64,000 nucleotides of DNA from Gammaproteobacteria bacterium (GCA_038142325.1 JAYQJW010000002.1:64001-128000); one strand, 5' to 3'. Counted from the stretch's first letter, positions 1 through 14,673 are shown. Program-made: numbers and translations. Notes: a model not told the origin generated them from the sequence alone.

Positions 1-229
1 ATCTAAAACAGACTGATATGTATAATCTACTTTTTCTTCATCAAGTAATTTTTTTAATTCAGGCGAGTTATTGTTAATAACACATAAGTTACTTTTAGCT
101 TTAGCTGGCTTTAAGCGATGAGATAATGTGATTGATTACTGGTTTACCAGCTATATTGAATAACAACTTTGATTTATTGGCTTTCATCCTGGTGCTTTTC
201 CCAGCTCCCAGAATAATAGATGTAAACAT
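1..229 (-). CDS. glmU: GlmU bifunctional UDP-GlcNAc pyrophosphorylase/acetyltransferase, N-terminal part (runs off window)
   Basis: Manual translation from ATG at 229: MFTSIILGAGKSTRMKANKSKLLFNIAGKPVINHII (LAAGxGTRM-like motif); canonical position after atpC. Confidence 0.9.
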
Positions 230-240
230 TAACTACCCCT

Positions 241-664
241 TTATTTTTTTGTATTACTTCTCAGTTTCTTAATAAGGCGTAATTGTGCAGCAGCTTGCAT
301 GAGTTCTGTTTTAGCTTTAGAAGAATCAATTTCATTGTCACTATTTTTCATTGCCTCTTTAGCTTGACGTTCAGCTTCAAGAGCTCTTTCTTCATCTAGA
401 TCATCTTCTCTTAATGCTGTATCTGACAAAATAGTTACCTCATTAGGTTGTACTTCCAATATACCACCACTTACATAAAAGGTCTTCATCTCGTCTTTAC
501 TAATTTGAGCCGAACATCTCCAGGCTTAAGTTTGGTAATCAATGGCGTATGTTTTGGTGATACGCCTACCTCTCCCATTTCTGCTGGCGCGTATACCATC
601 TCGACTTCCTCAGAAAAAAGCTCTTCTTCGGCACTTACAATTTCTAATTTAATCTTCGATGACA

Positions 665-665
<1 letters not shown>
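241..665 (-). CDS. atpC: ATP synthase epsilon subunit (one frameshift)
   Basis: N-half MSSKIKLEIVSAEEELFS...GEVGVSPKHTPLIT read from ATG 665; C-half ORF 241..489 FYVSGGILEVQP. Confidence 0.95.
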
Positions 666-2053
<1,388 letters not shown>

Positions 2054-2061
2054 CTATCTTT

Positions 2062-2926
2062 TTATAGCGCTGCTGCACCAGAGATAATCTCTGATATTTC
2101 TTGTGTAATTGCTGCTTGTCTATTTTTGTTATAAATTAATTGTAATTCTGCTATTAAATCTGTTGCGTTGTCAGAGGCTGCCTTCATTGCAACCATTCTT
2201 GACGCTTGCTCGCATGCTAGATTTTCAACAAGCCCTCTATAGACCAAAGACTCTATATATCGGGTAAAAAGTGACTCTAGTACAGTTTCAGCGTCAGGCT
2301 CATAGAGATAATCCCAATAATAATCATAATCTTCATTTTTAAGTTCAGTATTTATTGGAAGTATTTTTTGAATTGTAGGCTCTTGGCTGACAGTATTAAT
2401 AAACTTATTGTATACGAGATGAACTTCATCAATGTCTTTGTTTATAAAACTATCAATGGTGCTTTTAATCAAACCAAGAACTTGTTCTACTTTTGGTTTA
2501 TCGCCAAGTTGTGAAGTTTGTGCAATCACATCTCCGCCCATTCTTTGAAAAAAGATGTCGCTTTACTTCCTACTAAAGCAAAGGCTGGATCAATATTTGA
2601 TGCCTTATCTTGTTCGATATTTTCTAAAACAATTTTAAAGAGATTATTGTTAAGACCTCCACACAGACCTCTATCTGATGAAATAATTATATATAGCCCT
2701 TTTTCCTAACTTCTCTCTTTGAGAAAAACTCTGAAGTATATTCAGGATGAGCATGTGCAAGATGAGTGATAACATTTAAAATCTTATCAGCATATGGTCT
2801 TGCCCTAGTCATTTGATCTTGAGCTTTTTTCATTTTACTTGCAGCAACCATCTCCATAGCTTTTGTAATCTTTTGTGTATTTTGAATACTAGCTATTTGT
2901 GTTCTTATTTCTTGGCTGCCAGACAT
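2062..2926 (-). CDS. atpG: ATP synthase gamma subunit (two frameshifts)
   Basis: [15 protein letters not shown]-terminus; [16 protein letters not shown] and [13 protein letters not shown]-terminus. Confidence 0.95.
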
Positions 2927-2928
2927 TC

Positions 2929-4471
2929 TTAGTAAACCCCTTTATCTCTAAAGTCGTCCATCAACGATTTCATCTTGGAAGCAATATCATCGTTATAGTC
3001 ACAATTAGTGTTAATCTCATTTACTAGTTCTGAATACTTTTCATTAGCAAACTCATGCAGTGATTTTTCAAAAGATATAATCTTGTCTATATCGACATCA
3101 TCTAAATATCCTTCATTTGCAGCAAAAAGCGATAAAGCCATATCAGCAACAGTAAGCGGAGTGTATTGTGATTGTTTCATAAGTTCAGTTACACGCTTAC
3201 CTCTTTCCAATTGTTTTCTTGTTGCTTCATCTAAGTCTGAGGCAAACTGGGAAAAGGCAGCTAGTTCACGATACTGAGCTAATGCAAGCCTCACACCACC
3301 ACCGAGCTTTTTAATAATTTTAGTTTGAGCAGCGCCACCAACACGTGATACTGATAAACCAGCATTAATTGCAGGACGTATACCTGCGTTAAATAAGTCA
3401 GTTTCTAAAAATATTTGTCCATCTGTAATTGATATCACATTGGTTGGAACAAATGCTGATACATCGCCAGCCTGTGTTTCAATTATAGGTAACGCTGTTA
3501 ATGAACCCGTTTTACTTTTAACCTTTCCTTTCGTTATGTCAGTGACTGCATCTTCGTTAATTCTTGCAGATCTCTCAAGAAGCCTTGAATGTAGATAAAA
3601 TACATCACCAGGATATGCTTCACGGCCTGGCGGTCTTTTGAGTAGCAATGAGACTTGTCGGTAAGCCCATGCCTGCTTAGTTAAATCATCATATACAATT
3701 AGTGCATCTTCGCCAGAATCTCTGAAAAACTCTCCCATCGCACAGCCAGAATATGGTGCAATATATTGCATTGCTGCAGAATCAGAGGCTGAAGCTGCAA
3801 CGATTATTGTGTGTTTTAAAGCATCATGTTCCTCTAAGTTTTCTGACCACAGCAGCAATTGATGAAGCTTTTTGACCAATAGCAACATATATACATTTAA
3901 CACCAGTATCTTTCTGATTAATAATTGCGTCAATCGCCACAGCTGTCTTTCCTGTCTGTCTGTCACCAATAATAAGTTCACGTTGACCGCGTCCAATAGG
4001 AACCATGGAATCGATAGATTTCAAACCAGTTTGAACAGGCTGATCTACAGATTTTCTCTCAATTACCCCAGGGGCAATTTTTTCTATGGGTGATTTGGTC
4101 TTTGCATCTATTGCGCCTGCATTGTCAATTGGCTCACCGAGCGAGTTAACCACCCTCCCTAATAATTCGTTGCCAACAGGAACCTCTAGAATATTACCTG
4201 TACATTTTACAGTATCGCCCTCCGAAATAGATTTGTAATCACCAAGAATTACTGCACCAACAGAATCACGCTCCAGATTTAATGCTAAACCATAAATGTT
4301 GTTTGGGAATTCAAGCATTTCACCTTGAAGTGCATCTGTTATTCCATATATCCTGGCAATACCATCTGTTAAAGAAACGACGGTTCCTTCGTTGTGAGAT
4401 TGTGTTTTTATATCAAGATTCTTTATCTTGTCTTTTATGATGTCGCTTATTTCTGTTGGATTAATAGTCAT
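2929..4471 (-). CDS. atpA: ATP synthase alpha subunit (one frameshift near 3840)
   Basis: GDRQTGKT and [21 protein letters not shown] split across two overlapping ORFs. Confidence 0.97.
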
Positions 4472-4476
4472 TGGTT

Positions 4477-5015
4477 TTACCTATTGTTTATAATTTGTTC
4501 TTTCATTAAATTTAATTTATTTCTGATGCTATAGTCTGTCACTTCATTGTTAACAGATATCTTGATGCCCGCAAGGAGGTCCTGGTTAATTATTTCTTTA
4601 ATTTGTACTTTTTGTGCATGCTGCTTCATGAGGGTCTTAGACAAATTTTCTTTTGTAATTCTGTAAGAGCAAAAGCAGTTTCAACTTCCGCAACAGTGAT
4701 TTCTTGATCGTTTAGAAGCATGTCATTAAATAACTTATATACTTCATCTATAAAATATATTTTTTTATTATTTATCATGATACTGAGGAAATTAGAAAAT
4801 GATGTGTCATCTTTGCTCAAAAAACTATTCAGAAATGAAAGTGATTTTTTGTCATCAACTCTTGGGCTTGCAATGATGGCTTTAACTTCAGCATCTTTAA
4901 TTACTTCTGACAATATCATTAAATTATCAGCCCAAAGCGAGGTGACATTAGACTCGACCGCAATTTTATAAGCAGCCTCTGCATATGGTCTAGAATATGT
5001 AACGCTATCTGTCAC
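4477..5015 (-). CDS. atpH: ATP synthase delta subunit (frameshift near 4640)
   Basis: RPYAEA N-terminal motif; C-terminal [19 protein letters not shown] in a second frame, stop at 4477. Confidence 0.9.
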
Positions 5016-5479
5016 TTATTAATAACCTCATCAATAATCTGTGCATGTGTTTCTTTATTAACTTCTTTCTTTATTACTTTCTCTGCACACAAAAGAGATA
5101 GCTCTACAATATCATCTTTAAGTTTTTCTCTAGCAGCATTCGATTCTTGCTCAAGCTGCTGTGCTGAAGTTTTAGCAATTTTTTGTGCTTCTTCACGAGC
5201 AGTGGCCCTTGCTTCCTCTACAATATTTTTCGACTTTGATTCAGCATCAGTGATTATGTTAGATGCTTTTGATTTAGCTTCATCAATACGTGTTGAAAAT
5301 TCAATAGTTGCCTGTTCAATTTTCTTCTGACCCTGTTCTGCTGCTGCAAGACCATCAGCAATTTTTTTAGTTCTATTGTCCATAGCTTGCGTGAGCGGTT
5401 CCCATAAATATGCTTTTATAAACCAAACAAAAACTATAAAAGTAATCATTTGACCAAAAAGTGTAGCTGTAACATTCAT
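5012..5479 (-). CDS. atpF: ATP synthase b subunit
   Basis: MNVTATLFGQMITFIVFVWF...WEPL...R..KIADGL; position in operon. Confidence 0.95.
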   Translation of the reverse strand: MNVTATLFGQMITFIVFVWFIKAYLWEPLTQAMDNRTKKIADGLAAAEQGQKKIEQATIEFSTRIDEAKSKASNIITDAESKSKNIVEEARATAREEAQKIAKTSAQQLEQESNAAREKLKDDIVELSLLCAEKVIKKEVNKETHAQIIDEVINK

Positions 5480-5493
5480 GAAATATTTACTCC

Positions 5494-5787
5494 TTATCCG
5501 CCTATAGCTGCAGTAGCGGCACCGACAAATGGATTAGCAAATACAAAGAACATAGCAAAAGCTAAAACGATAAATGGAAATGACTCCATCAAGCCTGCTG
5601 TTATGAACATTTGTGTCCTGAGCGCAGGAAGCATTTCAGGCTGTCTCGCTATGCCTTCAATATATTTCATACAAATTAAACCCCAGCCTAAAGCAGAACC
5701 AAGTCCAGCTGCGGCCAGCATTATTGACACACCCAAACTAGTTGATGAGTAAATTTGGGTAATCATGTCTGGTGATAGTGTTTCCAT
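5494..5787 (-). CDS. atpE: ATP synthase c subunit
   Basis: ARQPE loop; carboxylate in GLMESFPFI; FANPF. Confidence 0.95.
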   Translation of the reverse strand: METLSPDMITQIYSSTSLGVSIMLAAAGLGSALGWGLICMKYIEGIARQPEMLPALRTQMFITAGLMESFPFIVLAFAMFFVFANPFVGAATAAIGG

Positions 5788-5808
5788 TATTTTTCCTCTT
5801 ATTAATTG

Positions 5809-6588
<780 letters not shown>

Positions 6589-6595
6589 CTGTTAC

Positions 6596-6946
6596 CTAAT
6601 AAATAGTCTTACTCTTGTTAAAGACATACCCAATTTGTGCTAACGCAAATGCAACTAACATTTGCAAAGCGTCGAGATTTAAAATAACAATCCCGACATA
6701 GAAGGCGGCTAAAACAAGAGCCATCCTTACAAGAAGGCTCTTAAATATTACAAGCGAACCTCCACTAAGATTTTGCTCAAGAGCAGCTTCACCTGCTTGG
6801 TTAACACTTCTAGCAAGAAGCATGGTGTTCATTATCGCTGTCGCGCCTCCAAATAAAGACGATTCAAACTTTTGGAAGCCCAAAAACATAAATACGAACG
6901 CTGTAGCTATCGCTATAACGCTTTGAAAAGCAATTACCATTCTCAC
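6596..6946 (-). CDS. atpI: ATP synthase protein I
   Basis: Small multi-helix membrane protein, first gene of atp operon. Confidence 0.8.
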   Translation of the reverse strand: MRMVIAFQSVIAIATAFVFMFLGFQKFESSLFGGATAIMNTMLLARSVNQAGEAALEQNLSGGSLVIFKSLLVRMALVLAAFYVGIVILNLDALQMLVAFALAQIGYVFNKSKTIY

Positions 6947-6994
6947 TTTCGACGTTCACCATGAGCATTTATGACCAACATTTTGGTCAGGGTT

Positions 6995-7023
6995 AGTATA
7001 GTTGAGTATGGCTATGGATTCAA
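6995..7023 (-). promoter_or_regulatory. sigma70-type promoter of atp operon
   Basis: Minus strand reads TTGAAT-N17-TATACT upstream of atpI. Confidence 0.7.
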
Positions 7024-7060
7024 TTTATATGCCTAAAAAACTCAAAGGTCTCTAAGCAAT

Positions 7061-7915
7061 TTAGACAATTTTCCTTATTTTCTCGATAATGCCTTGAAGC
7101 TCATTCATTGTCCTATACTTAATAGTGATATTGCCGCCATTGCTAGTGTGTTTGATTGATGTTTTTGCAGCCAACAAATCAGTAAGCTGCCTCTCTAATA
7201 TAGCCGTGTCTGGATCTTTATGTCTATTGACTGAAGCTTTTTGATTTGACTTACAAAGACTCTCAACAGCTCTTACAGATAAATTACGTTTCACAGCTTC
7301 TTTGATTATTTTTGTTTGATCGCTTATATTAAGGCTTAGAACAGCGCGAGCGTGCCCCATTGATATGGTGCCAATTCTAAGTTGGTCTTTCCCAAATGCG
7401 CATAATTCATTAAGTCTTATTAAGTTCGACACATGTGCTCTAGATTTGGATATGTACTTTGACACATCATCATGACTCATCTCAAACTCATCAATCAGCC
7501 TTTTTAGAGACTCAGCTTCTTCCATAGGATTTAAGTCTTCTCGTTGAACATTTTCTACTATGGACATAACGGCAGATGTTTTCTCATCAACATCAACAAT
7601 GATAGCGCTTATTGTGTCTTTATTTAGCAGCTGTGTTGCTCTCCATCTTCTTTCTCCCACTATCAACTCATATTGGTTGCCGCTCTCTCTTACTACGACT
7701 GGAGCAATTTGCCCGTTTTGAGCGATTGAATCTGCTAAATCTTTTATTTCTTGTTCTTTGAACACTTTTCTTGGCTGGTGCTTGTTTTTAATAATTTTAT
7801 GAACTGGTATGGAGAGTGTTTCAGATTCATTGCTATTAACATCTAACTTTGATGTGTTAGCAGCAGAGCTCAATAATGAATCTAGACCAGACCCAAGTGC
7901 TTTTCGCTTACTCAT
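7061..7915 (-). CDS. parB: Chromosome partition protein ParB
   Basis: ALGSGLDSLL N-terminus, QPRK.F, GERRWRA, ENVQREDL, HTH SRAHVSNLIRL. Confidence 0.95.
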   Translation of the reverse strand: MSKRKALGSGLDSLLSSAANTSKLDVNSNESETLSIPVHKIIKNKHQPRKVFKEQEIKDLADSIAQNGQIAPVVVRESGNQYELIVGERRWRATQLLNKDTISAIIVDVDEKTSAVMSIVENVQREDLNPMEEAESLKRLIDEFEMSHDDVSKYISKSRAHVSNLIRLNELCAFGKDQLRIGTISMGHARAVLSLNISDQTKIIKEAVKRNLSVRAVESLCKSNQKASVNRHKDPDTAILERQLTDLLAAKTSIKHTSNGGNITIKYRTMNELQGIIEKIRKIV

Positions 7916-7957
7916 GTAATTAATATAACCTTACTAAACCTGGTTGTACACATAAGA

Positions 7958-8717
7958 CTACTCATCTTTAATAATTTCACCTGCTAGTGATAGATAAGAT
8001 AATGAGCCTTTAGACAAACCATCATATTCTAGTATTGATTGACCGAAGCTTGGAGCCTCAGCTACACGAATATTTCTTGGAATTTTAGTTTTATAGAGTT
8101 CGTTTGGAAAATATTGCTTAAGTTGTTCGCTAACATCACTGGATAAGTTATTTCTTGAATCAAACATTGTTCTAAGTATTCCCTCAATTTTTAAATTATT
8201 ATTCGATTTTAATTGTATTTGATTAATCGTATTTACTAATTCACTTAAACCCTGTAGTGCATAAAACTCACATTGGACCGCAATTAACACGCCCGTAGCA
8301 GAAACAAGTGAATTGACAGTAAGTATGTTAAGCGATGGAGGACAATCCATTAGAATGTAATCATATGAATTTTTAATAGATGAAAGTTTATTGCGAAGAT
8401 GAAATTCTCTATCATCATTGTTTAGTAAAGACACTTCACTCTCTGTTAAAGATGGAGTTGATGGGAGAATATCATAACCATCCGATTGTGAGTTAATAAT
8501 CGTAAAGCCGATATCAGCTCGGTCTAGTAAAACATCATTTACAGACACATTCTATTGAAGCTGGGTTAATGCCAGAGCCTCTTGTCGCATTTGACTGAGG
8601 ATCTAGGTCTATCAACAAGACGCGCCTCTTCATTTTATGTAGGCATGCAGATAAGTTAATGCTTGTAGTAGTCTTACCAACACCCCCTTTTTGATTAACT
8701 ATTGATAAAATTTTCAA
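7958..8717 (-). CDS. parA: Chromosome partition ATPase ParA/Soj (one frameshift)
   Basis: [47 protein letters not shown]. Confidence 0.95.
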
Positions 8718-9355
8718 AGTTTAATCTCAGCTATATATCTGTGTGTATCAAAATATGGCGATATTATTTTATTTATATTTATATTATACATATTCAAGGA
8801 AGTCTTTGATAAGTTTAAAACTGGAGTCCCCGTAAGCATGTAGACTCTTGAAACTTGATTGCTATTTTTACATGTATTTAAAAGATAAATAAATTTTTCT
8901 TCAAAGTTCATTTTTGATATTTTTTTGTTACTAAAATTCTTAAATATAATAACATCGGTACTTGCATTAAACTCTTTATCAAAAAAATCATTTTCACTTA
9001 TTTCAGTATTTTGCAGCTTTAAATGTTTTTTTGCTAACTCAAGAAAGTTAATGAATGCTTGTTTTCTATCAAGCAATATAACTTTTTTTTCAGGCTTAAT
9101 GATAGATAAGATTACTCCGGGTAAGCCTCCGCCTGAGCCTACATCAGTGTAACTATCTCCTTTTAGATGTTTTATTAGCTGATAAGAGTCATAGATTTCC
9201 CGTTTAAGAATATACTCTTTGTCTGATGAAGGAATAAGGTTTTTTGTTTGATGATATTTTAATAGTAGATCGAGATATTCTTGAATGCCAGAAATCTTCT
9301 CATGATTAACGTCAGAGAAAATTTCTTTGATCATGCCAAGAATTTTGTTCGGCAT
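8714..9355 (-). CDS. rsmG: 16S rRNA m7G527 methyltransferase (divergent)
   Basis: [13 protein letters not shown]-binding motif; lies between mnmG and parA; likely start MPNK at 9355. Confidence 0.8.
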   Translation of the reverse strand: MPNKILGMIKEIFSDVNHEKISGIQEYLDLLLKYHQTKNLIPSSDKEYILKREIYDSYQLIKHLKGDSYTDVGSGGGLPGVILSIIKPEKKVILLDRKQAFINFLELAKKHLKLQNTEISENDFFDKEFNASTDVIIFKNFSNKKISKMNFEEKFIYLLNTCKNSNQVSRVYMLTGTPVLNLSKTSLNMYNININKIISPYFDTHRYIAEIKL

Positions 9356-9356
9356 T

Positions 9357-11237
9357 TTAAATGAATTGATTTTTCTTAAGATGGATTTTAATAAGAGCAA
9401 GACTTGATGAATTTATACCAGGTACATTTGAAGCCTGGCCAATGCTATCAGGTTTTGCCCTATTGAGTCTCTCGATTGCTTCATTAGATAAACCTTGAAC
9501 ATTTGTATAATCAAGACTTTCTGGAATGATTATTTTATAACTTGATTTTAAATTTTGTATATCTTTTTCCTGTTTGGCTGCATACCCCTCATATTTGATG
9601 TCAGTTGCAACAAGATGTCCGACAGAGGCATTTGCTGTTAACCCAAAAGCTGATAGATGCATGAGATCAGAATATTGAATTTTAGGTGTTTTTAAAAGAG
9701 AGGCTAACGATCTTGATTCTTTCATTTCTATATCGTAGTTGTCTTTTAAATACATATTGTCACTAGAGTTTATATTTATTTTAATGCTCTCTAATCTTTC
9801 TTTTTCTGTTTTTATTTTTTTAACTTTCTCTTCGAATAAATTGTATCTTTCTATTCCAACAACACCGAGTTTATAACCATGTTCTGTTAAGCGCATGTCT
9901 GCATTATCATCTCTAAGCCTTAGCCGGTACTCTGCTCTACTCGTAAACATTCTGTATGGTTCTGTGACGCCTTGCGTCACTAAGTCATCTATCAGTACGC
10001 CAATATATGATTCGTGTCTTCCTGGAGTCCAAGATGTTTTACCTTGTGTCAATCGCGAAGCATTAATGCCTGCTATAATACCTTGTGCGGCTGCTTCCTC
10101 ATAACCTGTAGTGCCATTAATTTGGCCAGCGAAAAATAAGCCTTTTATATTCTTAGTCTCTAAACTAGCTTTTAAACCTCTAGGATCAAAATAGGTATAT
10201 TCAATTGCATAGCCAGGCTGTGTAATTTCACAATCCTCAAGCCCTTTAATAGTTCTTAATAAAGTCTTTTGAATTTCAAGAGGCAAACTTGTTGATAAGC
10301 CATTAGGATAAATCTCTAAGTTATCAGACGATTCAGGTTCTAAAAATATTTGATGGCTATTTTTATCAGAAAATCTATATACTTTATCTTCAATTGATGG
10401 GCAGTATCTTGGGCCAACAGAATTTATTTGTCCGTTGAATAAAGGGGATTTATTTTTATTTTCATGAATTATTTTGTGTGTATCAGAATTTGTATGTGTA
10501 ATATAGCAAGGTATTTTTCTAATGCTTTTAGGAGCTTGTTCATAGTGATCGTTTAAGTATGAAAGCATAGGAAGAGGTGAATCGCTATCTTGTCTTAATA
10601 AATTGTCAAAATTTATTGATTGAGTTTTAATTCTTGGTGGCGTTCCTGTTTTAAGTCTTTTTGTGGCAAAGCCATTATCAGAAAAAAATCTCTCAAGCTC
10701 TATAGATGCCTTATCTCCTGAGCGCCCAGAAGAAAATTTTTTTTCTCCCAAATGTATTACGCCATCTAAGAAAGTGCCTGCTGTAAGAATGACAGAGTGA
10801 GAAAATATTTTTTCACCTGTATCTATAACTACACCGTTAACTTCATTTGATGCAAAGATAAAAGATTGAACCGTTGATTGAAGAATGGTGAGTGATTTAT
10901 GATTTAAGATTTCTCTTTGAATTGCTTTTTTATATGCATCCCTGCAGGTTTGTATCCTTGTTGCCCTAACTGCAGCACCCTTACTAGCATTGAGCACTCT
11001 AGATTGGAGAGATGCTTCATCTGCCGCTTTGCACATGAGCCCATCAAGTGCATCTACCTCTCTGGCTAGGTGAGATTTACCTATTCCTCCTATAGCAGGA
11101 TTGCAGCTCATTTGTCCAATCCCATCCAGTTTCATTGTGATGAGAAGGGTTTTAGATCCTAGTCGTGCGCTAGCATGTGCAGCCTCACAGCCTGCATGCC
11201 CGCCACCAACAACTATAACATCGTATTGTTTATTCAT
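9357..11237 (-). CDS. mnmG: tRNA modification FAD enzyme MnmG/GidA
   Basis: [52 protein letters not shown]. Confidence 0.98.
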   Translation of the reverse strand: MNKQYDVIVVGGGHAGCEAAHASARLGSKTLLITMKLDGIGQMSCNPAIGGIGKSHLAREVDALDGLMCKAADEASLQSRVLNASKGAAVRATRIQTCRDAYKKAIQREILNHKSLTILQSTVQSFIFASNEVNGVVIDTGEKIFSHSVILTAGTFLDGVIHLGEKKFSSGRSGDKASIELERFFSDNGFATKRLKTGTPPRIKTQSINFDNLLRQDSDSPLPMLSYLNDHYEQAPKSIRKIPCYITHTNSDTHKIIHENKNKSPLFNGQINSVGPRYCPSIEDKVYRFSDKNSHQIFLEPESSDNLEIYPNGLSTSLPLEIQKTLLRTIKGLEDCEITQPGYAIEYTYFDPRGLKASLETKNIKGLFFAGQINGTTGYEEAAAQGIIAGINASRLTQGKTSWTPGRHESYIGVLIDDLVTQGVTEPYRMFTSRAEYRLRLRDDNADMRLTEHGYKLGVVGIERYNLFEEKVKKIKTEKERLESIKININSSDNMYLKDNYDIEMKESRSLASLLKTPKIQYSDLMHLSAFGLTANASVGHLVATDIKYEGYAAKQEKDIQNLKSSYKIIIPESLDYTNVQGLSNEAIERLNRAKPDSIGQASNVPGINSSSLALIKIHLKKNQFI

Positions 11238-12575
11238 TTACCTATACAAAACTCTGAGAAGATTTCATTTAACAATTCTTCTGTTGGATTTTGCCCTAAA
11301 ATAGATGATAAAGCTAGGTGCCCCTCCGCTAGCTCTTGAGCGATGATATCAAAAGATTCATCTTCCAATAACTGTAAGCAGCTGTTTACTCTATTATATG
11401 CATCTTCAAGAAATTTGACCTGTCTAGATCGCGCAAGATAGAGATTCTCTGATGAATCTATATTAATAAAATCTTTATCTATGTGATTCTTAATTAATTC
11501 TAACCCGTCATTGTTAATGGCAGATATATATATCTCAGAAGGTTTGGTATCTATTATTTTGGGCTTGTGTCCTTTAATATCAATTTTATTATAAATGATT
11601 GAATAGTTTTCAATTTCAAAAGTCTTAATGAATTTTTTATCTTCATCATCAAACCCCTTTTTAGTGTGATCAACAACGTAAAAGATTTTATCTGCTTTGT
11701 TGATAGATTTTAAAGATCTCGCAATGCCTTCTTTTTCAATTTCATCTTCTGTAAATCTAAGACCTGCGGTATCAGTAATTTTGACAATTTTATTATTTAT
11801 CTGTAGTTCATATTCAATAGAATCTCTGGTTGTGCCAGCTGAATTTGAAACTATAGATGCATCCTCTCTTAATAAACAATTTATAATTGATGACTTGCCT
11901 GAATTAGGTTTACCAACAAACACATAACTCATTTGTGTGATTAAGTTTTTTTCCTTCATAAGAATTACTTAGTAATGACTTAAGTGACGAGCGGCTCGAG
12001 ATTAGTTTTTTGTTTATACTAGAGACACTGAGTTCAGGAACGTCATCGTCTTCTGGGAAATTTATAACTGATTCTACCTCAGCCCTTATTGATATAACTT
12101 CTCTAATTATGTTATTTACTTCATCAGAAAATTTACCGTTTAAAGAATTTTGAGCAGCCTTTAGTGCTTGAACATTAGAGGCTGATATTAAGTCTGATAC
12201 AGCTTCTGCCTCAGCAAGAGAAAGTTTATTATTCATGTACGCTCTTTGAGTAAATTCTCCGGGTTCTGCACGCGTTGCTCCAGCATCACATAAAACATTA
12301 ACAATAGAATTTAATATTAAATTATTGCCATGCGATATGATCTCGATGACATCTTCTCCTGTGTACGACCTAGGCCCCTTATAAAAAATAATTATGCAGC
12401 CGTCAATTATTCTATTCCCCGATCTAAAGGAGGTTAATACTGCTCTTCTGTCTTGTAATTCTTTATCTATGTATGGAGAAATAATCTCTTGTAAATTTGA
12501 TCCGCTTAAACGTACTATTCCTAGAGCAGATGTTCCGTGCGGTGTTGCAATAGCGCATATTGCATGATTGCTCAT
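11234..12575 (-). CDS. mnmE: tRNA modification GTPase MnmE/TrmE (one frameshift)
   Basis: [32 protein letters not shown]-terminal FCIGK. Confidence 0.96.
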
Positions 12576-12577
12576 CT

Positions 12578-14134
12578 CTAACCAACTATTCTTTTATTGA
12601 TAACATATTGTTGTGCTATAGACAGGATATTATTAGTCAACCAATATAGAACCAGGCCTGCTGGGAAGGTTGCAAAAAGCGCTGTAAATATGAATGGCAA
12701 GAACAGAAATATTTTTTGTTGTGTAGCATCGGTTGGAGCAGGATTTAGTTTTTGTTGTATGAACATAGATAAGCCCATCGCTATAGGAAGAATAAAATAC
12801 GGGTCTGCTGATGCTAGATCATTAATCCAAGCAACAAATGGGGCGTGCCTCATTTCAACGCTCTCCACCAATACCCAATACAAAGCAATAAATACAGGTA
12901 TTTGAATAAGAATTGGCAGGCAGCCACCAAGTGGATTTACTTTTTCCTCTTTATACATTCTCATTAGAGCTTCGCTAAATTTTTTCTTGTCTTCAGAATA
13001 TCTTTCTTTTATTGCCTGCATCCTTGGGTTAAGTTTTTTCATCTGCGCCATTGAACGGTAGCTTGTTTCAGAGAGTTTAAAAAATAGCGCTTTTATGAGT
13101 ATTGTTAAAACAATTATAGAAAAACCCCAGTTGCCGAGTAGACCATTAATAACATCAAGAATCCAAAAAAGAGGTGCAGACAAAAAAGTTAGCATGCCGT
13201 AATCAACGGTCAAGTCTAGTCCGGGCGCAAGTTCAGATATTTCAGATTGTAATTTTGGTCCTACAAACATGAGAGATTTATATGAATATTTTTCACCTGG
13301 GTTTAAAAGCACATAATCTGTTGTGCTTCCAATGGTGTAAAGGCTTTGGTCTACACTAGTATAAATTGTTTTTTTATTGTCACTTGTTGGTAACCATGCA
13401 GAAAAAAAATAATGCTCTATCATGCTTATCCAACCATCATTGGTTTTGAAGGTAAAATCGTCTTCTGTCATTTCATCAAAAGAGATTTTTGTAAATTTTT
13501 CCTCGCTATCATAAAAAGCGCTCCCGGTATAAGTAGGCAACATCAAGCTAGCTGAACTGTTACCATCTCGTGATATCACTTCGTAGTTCCTGACATATAT
13601 TGATTTGGTGGATGTATTGGTTACCGTATTTACAACGCTTATTTGATGTGCTCTATCAATAAGCTTTATCTCTTTTGATAAGCTCACTCCATCTAACACA
13701 GCTTCAAGTAAAGCTTTGTTAGTGGCCTTGGAGTTTAAACTATAGCTATATAAATTTGATTTATTTTTAATTTGAATGTTCGATCCAGCAGTGTATTTGC
13801 TCGTTAAATGATCAAGTATTGTTACCCTCTCATCTGATTGTAGTTCTACAGGATATTCTTTTAATTGTGCGAATAATAATTCACCAGTAAGTGTGTCAAA
13901 CTCTACTAAAAGTTTTTTGTTTTCTAGCGTTTCAATAATCGGAGAAGTGTTGTTTGTTTTTTCCGATAGACTATTTTCAGTGCTCTCAGCCGGAGGTTGT
14001 TTAGATGATGTGTCTGACTGATCCACCTGTTCAGAAACTACAACTACAGCCGGCTTATTATAATCTCTATCATATGCATCAAAAATTAAGATTAGAATGA
14101 AAAGGAACCCGCTATATAAAAACAATCTGTTCAT
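12578..14134 (-). CDS. yidC: Membrane protein insertase YidC
   Basis: VDYG, GNWGFSII, NPLGGCLP, DPYFILP, PAGLVLYW. Confidence 0.97.
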   Translation of the reverse strand: MNRLFLYSGFLFILILIFDAYDRDYNKPAVVVVSEQVDQSDTSSKQPPAESTENSLSEKTNNTSPIIETLENKKLLVEFDTLTGELLFAQLKEYPVELQSDERVTILDHLTSKYTAGSNIQIKNKSNLYSYSLNSKATNKALLEAVLDGVSLSKEIKLIDRAHQISVVNTVTNTSTKSIYVRNYEVISRDGNSSASLMLPTYTGSAFYDSEEKFTKISFDEMTEDDFTFKTNDGWISMIEHYFFSAWLPTSDNKKTIYTSVDQSLYTIGSTTDYVLLNPGEKYSYKSLMFVGPKLQSEISELAPGLDLTVDYGMLTFLSAPLFWILDVINGLLGNWGFSIIVLTILIKALFFKLSETSYRSMAQMKKLNPRMQAIKERYSEDKKKFSEALMRMYKEEKVNPLGGCLPILIQIPVFIALYWVLVESVEMRHAPFVAWINDLASADPYFILPIAMGLSMFIQQKLNPAPTDATQQKIFLFLPFIFTALFATFPAGLVLYWLTNNILSIAQQYVINKRIVG

Positions 14135-14376
14135 TTTTTATTCTCTTCTGGTACTGGGTCATAGCCTGATGTGCCGCCTGGTCTACATCTAAGGAGTCTA
14201 TTTATACTTAACGCTAAACCCTTTAATACGCCGTGTTTTTCAATAGCATCCACACAGTAGTCTGAACATGATGGGGTGTGCCTGCATGACGGAGGTAAAA
14301 TTGGCGATATAAAAATTTTATACAATTTTATAGTCCCTAATGCTATTTTTTTAATTGATTTAGCAAAGATTTCCAT
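14131..14376 (-). CDS. yidD: Membrane protein insertion efficiency factor YidD
   Basis: ISPILPPSCRHTPSCS.Y...RC.P...GYDPVP. Confidence 0.93.
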   Translation of the reverse strand: MEIFAKSIKKIALGTIKLYKIFISPILPPSCRHTPSCSDYCVDAIEKHGVLKGLALSINRLLRCRPGGTSGYDPVPEENKK

Positions 14377-14672
14377 TCAGGAATTAGAATAGCATTTATA
14401 GTTTTTTTTTCAGCTTCAATTTTGCTGATTAGTCTAACCAACAATAAGTAGCTAGCGTGTTGATCTCTAAATGTTGCTCTCATGTTTCTTCTTAATGAGT
14501 TTCTAGAAACTGCTAAAGGAAGATTTTTTTTTGGTATAAGTATGCCTAGCCGCATTGTGTTTGATTTAAGAAAGTGTAGACACAAATGTTTCGTTGATAA
14601 GGAGGGGCTTTTACTAAAATAATTTAGTGTAGAGCTGCTAATTGTTATTATATCTTTTTTGAAGGTGTACAA
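14343..14672 (-). CDS. rnpA: RNase P protein subunit (divergent)
   Basis: RLGILIPKK...AVSRNSLRR (RNR-like motif); between rpmH and yidD. Confidence 0.85.
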   Translation of the reverse strand: MYTFKKDIITISSSTLNYFSKSPSLSTKHLCLHFLKSNTMRLGILIPKKNLPLAVSRNSLRRNMRATFRDQHASYLLLVRLISKIEAEKKTINAILIPEWKSLLNQLKK

Positions 14673-14673
14673 A

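Noticed and set aside
5494-5787. Na+-translocating ATP synthase suggested by the ES pair in subunit c
   Set aside because: The helix-1 Gln ligand position is Trp (ALGWG) and the downstream Thr/Tyr ligands are absent (ESFPFI); likely H+ type
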